NCBI GenBank assembly: GCA_963771175.1
Contig: CAVYSY010000050.1
Span: 128,001-192,000, forward strand
Origin: an uncultured delta proteobacterium
GTDB lineage: Bacteria > Myxococcota > Myxococcia > Myxococcales > Myxococcaceae
Length of the DNA stretch: 64,000 bases
Reading direction: 5' to 3'
Made by a program: the position numbers and the translations under genes. The notes below the pieces were generated by a model. The model ran no database searches. It was not told the origin of the DNA and was given only the letters and a program-made list of their open reading frames with translations. How positions within the stretch are numbered: the stretch's first letter is position 1; each line of letters opens with the position of its first letter. Below, in pieces: positions 55,161 to 64,000 of this stretch.

Positions 55161-56306
55161 ATGGCGCGTGTCCTACCCTTTTCCGCACTGCTACCGTCGC
55201 TCGAATCGCACCTGTCGGCCGATGATGGGGGCTGTCCTTTCAACGCGCCCCCCCGGTCCTCGTTCATCCGACCGCTGCTCGATCGGGTGGATCCGACCGC
55301 GGAGCTCGGACGGCTGAGAGACGCGGGCTCCGTGCTCCGTGACACCCGCCCGGCCCTGTACCTGGCGGAGGTGTATAGCTCCGCAGGGCGGCTTGGCGGC
55401 CCCCCGGTCCGCTTCCTCCTGTGCGCGCTCTCCCCGGACGCCGCCGAGCCGCTGGAGATCGAGCCGTACCGGCCGCGCTCGGCGCAGGTGGAGCCGACCG
55501 TCGTCCTGGCGGCGGACGACCATGGGGTGCTCCGAGGACTCCTGGCGGAGGCGGCCGAGCGCAGCATCGCCGTGTGGCAGGGCACCTTCGAGGACGCGCC
55601 GGTGTCGCTGTGGCGCATCGAGCCCTCGCCGGTGGCCCGGCGCATCCAGGCGGTGCTCGACGAGGCGCCCCTGCGTCCCCTGGCCGAGCTGGATGAGCGG
55701 CGGCCCAGTCTGGCGGCGATCGTGCCCCTGTCGGATCCGGGGCTGCACTTCGAGCCGGTGCACCGCGCCATCCGAGGGCTGGACACCTTCGACGAGGGCA
55801 CCTTCCTCTCGCTCGTGACGGCGTACGCGCGAGTCTATGAATTGGAGGAGCCGCTCACGTCGCCTCGGGGCGTGGCCATGGCGAACGAGCGGCTGGCCAC
55901 GCTGGTGCGGGGGCACCACGCGGTGCTGCTGGTGCTGCCCGGGGGGCGGGGGAAGATCCTCCGCTTCCGGCAGGGGTTGGACCTGGCGCACCTGAAGGGA
56001 GCACCGCGCAGCCCGACGCTGCGCAGCCTGGATCTCGCGCTGCTGAACTCGCTGGTGTTGCGCACGGTGCTGGGCATCAAGGATCCCGAGGAGGCGGGAC
56101 ATCCGCAGGTGTTCGCGGTGCAGGGGACGGAGTCGCTGGTGCGAGGCGTCCAGGCGGGGATGTTCCAGGTGGGCTTCGCGCTCAACCCGCCGCCGCTCTG
56201 GGAGGTGCGCGCGGTGATGGAGGCGGCGCAGACGTTGCCGCCCAAGACGCTGCGCGTGGAGCCCGCGCCACCGGCGGGCCTGCTGTTCCTGGATCCGGAG
56301 CTATAA
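55161..56306 (+). CDS. DUF1015 family protein
   Basis: MARVLPFSAL start, FEPVHR and C-terminal LPPKT...P...GL signature. Confidence 0.7.
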   Translation: MARVLPFSALLPSLESHLSADDGGCPFNAPPRSSFIRPLLDRVDPTAELGRLRDAGSVLRDTRPALYLAEVYSSAGRLGGPPVRFLLCALSPDAAEPLEIEPYRPRSAQVEPTVVLAADDHGVLRGLLAEAAERSIAVWQGTFEDAPVSLWRIEPSPVARRIQAVLDEAPLRPLAELDERRPSLAAIVPLSDPGLHFEPVHRAIRGLDTFDEGTFLSLVTAYARVYELEEPLTSPRGVAMANERLATLVRGHHAVLLVLPGGRGKILRFRQGLDLAHLKGAPRSPTLRSLDLALLNSLVLRTVLGIKDPEEAGHPQVFAVQGTESLVRGVQAGMFQVGFALNPPPLWEVRAVMEAAQTLPPKTLRVEPAPPAGLLFLDPEL

Positions 56307-56333
56307 GGAAGCCGGGTGGGGGAGGGGAGCGCG

Positions 56334-57464
56334 TCACGGAGCGGGGCTGGCCTCCTGCTGCTTCGGCTCCTGGGGGTCCTGCTGCTCGCGGCAGAACGAG
56401 AAATGCTCCTTGATGACGTCGAGCGGCACCGCCAGCTCCAGCTTGAACTCGTTGCCGTCCGGCCGCACCTTCGCGAAGTCCAGGAACTGCGCCAGCTCCG
56501 TCTTTCCGTCGGCCAGCGCCTTCATCCGAGCCAGCGACAGCGCGCCCCCGAGCGACTTGCCCAGGTCCGTCATCTTCGCCTCGTCCGCGCCCCGCACCTG
56601 CGCCGTCATCGCGAAGTCCGAGCGAGTGTCCACGTGCAGCTCCACGTTCTCCGCCACCTCGGCCAGCCGCGTCGCCAGCTCCTGCTGATCCGGCGGGAAC
56701 ATCTTCTTGAGCTGCTCCACCGACACCACCCCATACATCTCGCCGTACGTGCTGCCCTCGGAGATGACCGGAGGCTCGTTGGGCCCGCGACCCTCCACCC
56801 GATCGATGACCTCCTTCACCCCGTCCGGCGACCTGCCGAAGATCAGCATCTGGTCGTTCCACAGGCCCACCGGCGACGCGGTCCGCTGCGCTACGCCACC
56901 GTCCGGCAGGTGGCGCTCGAACGTGGGCTCGAAGAGGCGCGCCCCATCTCCGTAGTCGTAGTGCGTCGAGTCCGTCCCGGACAGCAGCTCCTTCAGTCGC
57001 TTGTCCCCGAAGTTCCCCGAGACGATGACTCCGTCGTCGGTCACCACCAGCCGGTCCAGGTCCTTCAACGGGTCCACCCCCGTCTCCTCCTTGAACCGCT
57101 CCAGCTTGTCACCACCCTGGCGCATCAGGCACTCGAGCAGCATCTCCCCGATGGGCGAGTTGCGGATGGCATTGGCCTCGATGACCATCGCCGTCTTCCC
57201 CTTGCCCCGAGGCAGCGCAGCCAGCAACGGATCGCTCGGATGCACCGGCTTCTGCTCCGCCACCGTGCCCGCGTCCTCCACCGGCGTCACGTACGTCCGC
57301 CGGCGCTCCAGGCGCTCGCGCTCCGCCGGTCGCAACTGGTTCGGGAACGCCACCTTCTGCGGGCGAGGGAGCCTCTCCTCGCCTTGCCCGGACAGCATCA
57401 GCCACGCGGCCAGGCCGAACAGCACCACCGCGAACACCAGCCACAACCCTCGGCGCCGCTGCAT
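56334..57464 (-). CDS. Membrane-anchored hypothetical protein co-transcribed with the ABC transporter
   Basis: N-terminal TM MQRRRGLWLVFAVVL; start overlaps the permease stop. Confidence 0.75.
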   Translation of the reverse strand: MQRRRGLWLVFAVVLFGLAAWLMLSGQGEERLPRPQKVAFPNQLRPAERERLERRRTYVTPVEDAGTVAEQKPVHPSDPLLAALPRGKGKTAMVIEANAIRNSPIGEMLLECLMRQGGDKLERFKEETGVDPLKDLDRLVVTDDGVIVSGNFGDKRLKELLSGTDSTHYDYGDGARLFEPTFERHLPDGGVAQRTASPVGLWNDQMLIFGRSPDGVKEVIDRVEGRGPNEPPVISEGSTYGEMYGVVSVEQLKKMFPPDQQELATRLAEVAENVELHVDTRSDFAMTAQVRGADEAKMTDLGKSLGGALSLARMKALADGKTELAQFLDFAKVRPDGNEFKLELAVPLDVIKEHFSFCREQQDPQEPKQQEASPAP

Positions 57465-58300
57465 CAGTAATCCCTCCCCTCGAACCACCAGAAGCCCACG
57501 GCCAGCACTCCCAGGCCGAACACCAGCACTCCCATCAGCAACATCGTCAGCGACTGCACGCTCAGCGGCTCCGAGGCCGCCAGCTCCATGCTCGCCTGCG
57601 CCAGCGAGGACAGCCGCGGCAGCACCAGCGTCACCGCCTTGAAGAGCTCCCGCGCCAGCCCCTCCTCGATGAACGGGGCGATCTTCGTCCGGAAGCCCGC
57701 GATGATGCCCGCCACCATCGTGATGCCGCCCAGGGCCGCGCACAGCGCCGCGCTGCGCACCAGTGTCGCCGTCGTCAACATCACCGCGTACACCGCCGCG
57801 AAGCTCACGCAGGCCAGCAGCGCGGAGATGATCGGCCCCACCGTCCAGAATCCCGTCTTCACCCCGAAGATGATCACCAGCCCCACCGAGCCGTACAGCG
57901 CCCCGCTCACCGCCAGCGTCATCACCCCCAGGAACGTGCCGGCCAGGATGTGCCAGCGCCGCAAGGGCAGGGCGAGCAGGTGCTCGATGCGGCCCGGTGA
58001 CAGCAGGCTCGGCGCGAAGTCCGAGCACGCGACGATGCCGAACAGGATGCCCCCGTAGAAGACGAGGGTCGCCGCCACCATGAACACCGGCTTGAGCGCC
58101 ACGTCCACCGCGCGGATGTCCAGGTTCATCACCTCGCCGAACAGCCGCGAGGCCGCCAGCGCTCCGTCCACCACTTCGATGCGCAGGCTCAGCGACAGCG
58201 TCAACAGCACGCCCGTGACGCCCAGCAGGAAGGCCAGGATGAACTTGCGCGAGGCCGCCTCTCGCAACACGTAGCCCGCGATCCCCAGCACGCCTCTCAT
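57464..58300 (-). CDS. ABC-2 type transporter permease
   Basis: About six TMs and GRIEHLLALPLRRWHILAG motif. Confidence 0.85.
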   Translation of the reverse strand: MRGVLGIAGYVLREAASRKFILAFLLGVTGVLLTLSLSLRIEVVDGALAASRLFGEVMNLDIRAVDVALKPVFMVAATLVFYGGILFGIVACSDFAPSLLSPGRIEHLLALPLRRWHILAGTFLGVMTLAVSGALYGSVGLVIIFGVKTGFWTVGPIISALLACVSFAAVYAVMLTTATLVRSAALCAALGGITMVAGIIAGFRTKIAPFIEEGLARELFKAVTLVLPRLSSLAQASMELAASEPLSVQSLTMLLMGVLVFGLGVLAVGFWWFEGRDY

Positions 58301-59212
58301 GCCGCCACCCCCATGGCCGAGGCCAGCACGGCCTCCAGGTCCTGCCCGTCCCGCTTGAGCTCCACCAGCAGCGCCCCCGCCGCGCGCGCCTTGTCCAGCG
58401 CCGCGTTCAGCCCCGCCGGGTCCGCCGCCTCCAGGTGGTACAGCCCCTCGGAACCCGACGCCGTGAAGCCCGCCGCCGCCAGCGCGCCCGCGTCCGTCCC
58501 CGGGGCGAAGCGCACCGCCCACCGCGCCCCGCCGCGAGACAACTCCTCCAGCCAACCCTCGCGCAGCACCTTGCCCTCCGCGAGGATCGCCACCCGGTTG
58601 CACACGCGCTCGGTCTCCGCCAGCAGGTGCGAGTTGAGGAAGAGCGTGGTGCCTCGCTGCACCTCCTCCTGGAGGATGCGCCGCACCTCCACCCGGCCCA
58701 TCGGATCGATGCCATCCGTGGGCTCGTCGAGGATGAGCAGGGCGGGGTTGCCCAGCAGCGCCGCCGCGAGCCCCAGCCGCTGGCGCATGCCCTTGGAGTA
58801 GCCGCCGATGCTCTTGCCCACCGCGTCCGCGAGCCCCACGCGCTCCAGCAGGCGCAGGTTCGCGGCCGGGTCCGGCTTCTGTCCCTTGAGTCGCGCCACC
58901 GTGGCCAGGAAGGCCGGCGACAGCCACGAGCCCGGCAGGTGCAGGCGCTCGGGCAGGTAGCCGATGCGCGCACGGATGCTCGGATCCTCTGGACGAACCG
59001 CCGAGCACCCGCACCGTCCCCTCCGTGGGCTGCACGATGCCGAGGATGCTCTTGATGAACGTCGTCTTCCCCGCGCCGTTGGGGCCGATCAGCCCGAACG
59101 CACTGCCTTCCGGCACGGAGAGATCCACACCCCGTAGCGCCTCGTGGCCCTGGCGCCGGAACGGGCGCCGGTAGGTCTTACGGAGTCCGATGACTTCGAT
59201 GGCTGCTGGCAC
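58297..59212 (-). CDS. ABC transporter ATP-binding protein (frameshift near 58990)
   Basis: GPNGAGKTT, YSKGMRQR, LILDEP and NSH motifs. Confidence 0.92.
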
Positions 59213-59453
59213 GATGGTGACTTTACGACGGAGCGGGCCCCGCGATTGCTTCGCACTCCAACCAGGCCGCCAGCCGAGCCCGCGTGGCCCGCCTGCTCGC
59301 CACGAGTGCTGCGCACCCGGGAAGCGATGTTCGCACCTTTTTTCAGGGTTTCAGGGTCTGCGGTTCTGGTGTGGCTGTGGTTTCGCACCCTTGGCGGGAT
59401 CTTCTCGTGGCCTGGGCTGTGCAGAGGGCCCCAGGTAGAGGAGGCACTGATAC

Positions 59454-60694
<1,241 letters not shown>

Positions 60695-60766
60695 CGGTTG
60701 AGGCGCGGCTCCGCACGAGGGGCTTGCGTTCACCCCCCCGACTGAGGGCAAAGATCCCGATCGGCC

Positions 60767-61306
60767 ATGGCCACCAAGAAGAAGAAGCGGCCCCCCTCTA
60801 GAACGGCGGCATCCCAGCCCGCGACCCGGCGTCCCCTGCGTGCCGGCAAGCGACCGGGTGCCGCCCGTACCGCCGTCCCCGCCGCCGCCCCGCGACCGGT
60901 GGGCCCGCTCCAGTACAAGGTCGTCGAGCTGTCCACCGTGGACGAGGGGACACTCGAGCGCACCGTGAATGAATGGAGCTCAAAGGGTTGGACGCTGGAC
61001 GGCGTGCAGTTCGCCATGCGCGAGTCCTCCAAGCGTCCGGCCATGGCCTTCGTCTTCTTCACCCGCGAGGGCGAGGCCGCTGCTCCCGACGTGGAGTCCG
61101 CGCGAGGCCGGCTGCGGCAGATGTCCGAGACGGGCTCGCCCACGGCCGTGCTGGTGTCCTCGCCGGACTTTACCGGCAACGCCGCCGCCTCTTCGTACCA
61201 ACGGCCCCCGGGCATGGTGAGCGCGCACGAGCGGCTCGCGCAGCTCGCGGGCCTGGACGAGCCCGAGCGCCCCGAGCGGGGCCTCATCCTGGAGCCCGAA
61301 GAGTGA
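60767..61306 (+). CDS. Hypothetical protein with DUF4177-like core and basic N-terminus
   Basis: QYKVVEL...LERTVNEWSSKGWTL core. Confidence 0.65.
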   Translation: MATKKKKRPPSRTAASQPATRRPLRAGKRPGAARTAVPAAAPRPVGPLQYKVVELSTVDEGTLERTVNEWSSKGWTLDGVQFAMRESSKRPAMAFVFFTREGEAAAPDVESARGRLRQMSETGSPTAVLVSSPDFTGNAAASSYQRPPGMVSAHERLAQLAGLDEPERPERGLILEPEE

Positions 61307-61941
61307 GCTCCGCTCCCGAGCGCGCCTTCCTCTCCGTCCCCCGCCGCCACGGCCTGCGGGTGGTGCATGACGGGGACGAGATCGGCTCGCCCTATCCCAA
61401 GGCCTCGCTCTGGATGCGGCTGGGCGCGCGCATCGTGGACGTTGCCGTGGCCTGGGGTCTCAGCGTGGTGTGCGGTGCCGCCGGGGGCGTGGTGGCGCTG
61501 CTCTTCCTGCTGCTGGCCGACGGCATGCTCCAGGGCCAGAGCGTGGGCAAGCGCATCTTCGGCGTGAAGGTGATGCACCTGCCCACGCGCTCGGCCGCCC
61601 GCCACCGCGACAGCACCCTGCGCAACGCACCGCTGGCCCTCATCGTCCTGTTGGGGATGATGCCGCCGCCCCTGGGCGCGGTGGCCTGCGTGGCCGGGCT
61701 GGTGGTGATCGGCGGGGTGGAGGCCCTGCGCGTGGTGAGGGATCCGCTCGGCTGGAGGCTCGGCGATACCTGGGCCCAGACGCAGGTGGTGGACGGGAAG
61801 GTCGTCGCCGGAGCAACGGTTGCAGCACGCACGCCTGTGGCGCCTGCTCGTGTCCCAGGCCGATTTTTGTCCGCGGCCCGGGTCCGCCGGTTCCGCACAT
61901 TCAAGAAGTCCAGAAGGGGAAAGCCTTGCGCATCGCGCTGA
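61303..61941 (+). CDS. RDD family membrane protein
   Basis: ASLWMRLGARIVD, GQSVGKRIFGVKV and RLGDTWAQTQVV motifs. Confidence 0.88.
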   Translation: MSSAPERAFLSVPRRHGLRVVHDGDEIGSPYPKASLWMRLGARIVDVAVAWGLSVVCGAAGGVVALLFLLLADGMLQGQSVGKRIFGVKVMHLPTRSAARHRDSTLRNAPLALIVLLGMMPPPLGAVACVAGLVVIGGVEALRVVRDPLGWRLGDTWAQTQVVDGKVVAGATVAARTPVAPARVPGRFLSAARVRRFRTFKKSRRGKPCASR

Positions 61942-64000
61942 CCTACAACCTCAGGCTGTCCGATTCGGAAGACGAGGCGGAGTTCGACACCCAGGAGACG
62001 GTGAACACGCTGGCCTCGGCCATCGAGCGGCTCGGCCACCGGCTGGAGCGCTTCGAGGTCAGCGGCCCCGCCTCCCGGACGGTCGCGCGGCTCGAGGCCT
62101 ACAGCCCGGACCTCATCTTCAACATCGCCGAGGGCCGCCGCGGCCGCTTCCGCGAGGCCTTCTATCCCGGCGCTCTTCGAGGAGCTCGGCTTCGCGTACA
62201 CGGGCTCGGACGCCTACGCGCTGGCGGTGACGTTGGACAAGCAGCTCACCAAGCTGGTGCTCTCCAAGCACGGCATCCGCACTCCCGGCTGGCAGTTCGT
62301 CGAGAAGCTCAACGAGCTGCAAGGTCGAGGACCTGCGCTTCCCCGTCATCGTCAAGCCCAACTTCGAGGGCTCCTCCAAGGGCATCACCCAGGACTCGGT
62401 GGCCGAGACGGTCGAGCAGGCCCGCGAGAAGGTGGCGAAGGCGCTGGCGCGCTACCCGGCCGGCGTCCTGGTGGAGGAGTTCATCAGCGGGATGGACATC
62501 GCGGTCCCGTACCTCGCGGCGGTGCAGAACGACCATGACGGCGTGCTCAGCCCGATGGAGTACGACATCGACCCGGCCGCCATCGCCGGCCGCAAGTACG
62601 CCATCTACGACTACGAGCTGAAGACGAAGAAGGAGAGCGCCGTCAAGATGCGTGCCCCGGCCAACATCCCTCCCAGGGTGGCCGAGGAGATGCGCACCAT
62701 GTCGATGAAGATCTTCCAGGCGCTCGACTGCCGGGACCTGGGGCGCATCGACTTCCGGCTGAGCGACGCGGGCGTGCCGTACTTCCTGGAGATCAACGCG
62801 CTGCCCAGCCTGGAGCCGGGCGCGGGCATCTACGCCGCCGCGGCCCTGGAGGGCGTGCACCTCGACGGCGTCGTCAACGCCATCATCCAGAGCGCGGCGC
62901 GGCGCTACAAGATCAAGGACGGCAAGCGCCAGGGCAGGCCGACGCGCAAGTCGGGCCCGCTGCGCGTGGGCTTCACCTACAACGTCAAGCGCGTGAAGCC
63001 CGTCGCGGCGGACGGCTCGGCCGTGGAGGACAGCGAGGCCGAGTACGACTCGCCCACCACGCTGCAGGCCATCCGCGAGGCCATCGCTTCCTGGGGCCAC
63101 GAGGTGGTGGACCTGGAGGCCACGGCGGAGCTGCCCAGCGTGCTGGCCAGCACCCCGCTGGACATCGTCTTCAACATCGCCGAGGGCCTCAAGGGCCGCA
63201 ACCGCGAGAGCCAGGTGCCGGCGATGCTGGAGCTGCTGGACATCCCGTACACGGGAAGCGATCCGGCCACGCTCTCGATCGCGCTGGACAAGGCGCTGGC
63301 GAAGAAGATCGTCCGCCAGGCCGGCATCCACACGCCGAACTTCCAGCTCATGCACACGGGCAAGGAGCGGCTCGACAAGCAGTTCACCACCTTCCCGCTG
63401 ATCGTGAAGCCGGTGGCCGAGGGCTCCTCGAAGGGCGTGGTGAGCAAGAGCGTCTGTCGCAGTGAGGCCGAGCTGCGCGAGGTGGTGAAGGAGATGGTCA
63501 CCAAGTACCAGCAGCCGGCGCTCATCGAGGAGTACATCGGCGGACGCGAGTTCACGGTGGGCCTGCTCGGCGAGCGGCGCCCGCGCGTGCTGCCGCCGAT
63601 GGAGATCGTCTTCCTCGACAAGGAGGACAAGACGCCCATCTACAGCTTCCAGCACAAGCTGGATTGGAACGATCGCATCCGCTACGACGCGCCGGCGAAG
63701 CTCGAGCCCGCGCTGCTGGAGAAGCTGAGGGCGGCGGCGCGAGGCTCGTTCATGGCGCTGGGCTGCCGGGACGTGGCGCGCATCGACTTCCGCATGGACG
63801 ACAAGGGCCGCATCTACTTCATCGAGTGCAACCCGCTGCCGGGCCTCACGCCGGGGTGGAGCGACCTGGTGCTGATCGCCCAGGGCGCCGGCATGGACTA
63901 CCGGGGCCTCATTGGCGAGATCATGGCCCCGGCCATCCGCCGCTACAAGGAGCGCGAGGCCCGTCGCGCCGCCGATGAGAGCGCGGTGACGAAGCCGACC
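61926..64000 (+). CDS. Tandem D-Ala-D-Ala ligase-like (double ATP-grasp) protein; runs off the right edge, frameshifts near 62170 and 62320
   Basis: Two copies of FNIAEG, YTGSD, LDK, IVKPxxEGSSKG, RIDFR and ExNxLP. Confidence 0.85.

Overview
GC-rich chromosomal window from a myxobacterium (Cystobacterineae; Archangium/Cystobacter-like, inferred from gene content). The right half is the conserved frz motility locus: frzS, anti-sigma and ECF sigma, ald, a radical SAM gene, frzZ and frzA-B-CD-E-G-F. It is flanked by hom, birA, coaX, hemB and a tandem Ddl-like ligase. The left half carries a Kef K+ antiporter, a lower-GC two-gene nuclease cassette (Mrr-like REase plus TOPRIM-like protein), and a five-gene yfa/mag-type alpha-2-macroglobulin operon. 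It also has sigC followed by a DUF692/MNIO oxidase, an NGLAF-repeat lipoprotein, udk and a MetX-like protein lacking its catalytic Ser. Best candidates for undescribed biology: (1) the A2M operon, whose A2M keeps the thioester motif and whose last gene fuses a zinc peptidase, a PBP-type domain and a SpoIID domain; (2) the nuclease cassette; (3) the MNIO locus; (4) a dihaem beta-propeller plus two-component block sitting next to a repeat-expanded FrzZ. Many single-base frameshifts, some in housekeeping genes, are most likely sequencing errors. No rRNA, tRNA, CRISPR array or transposase was seen. All family assignments come from motif recognition, not database searches.
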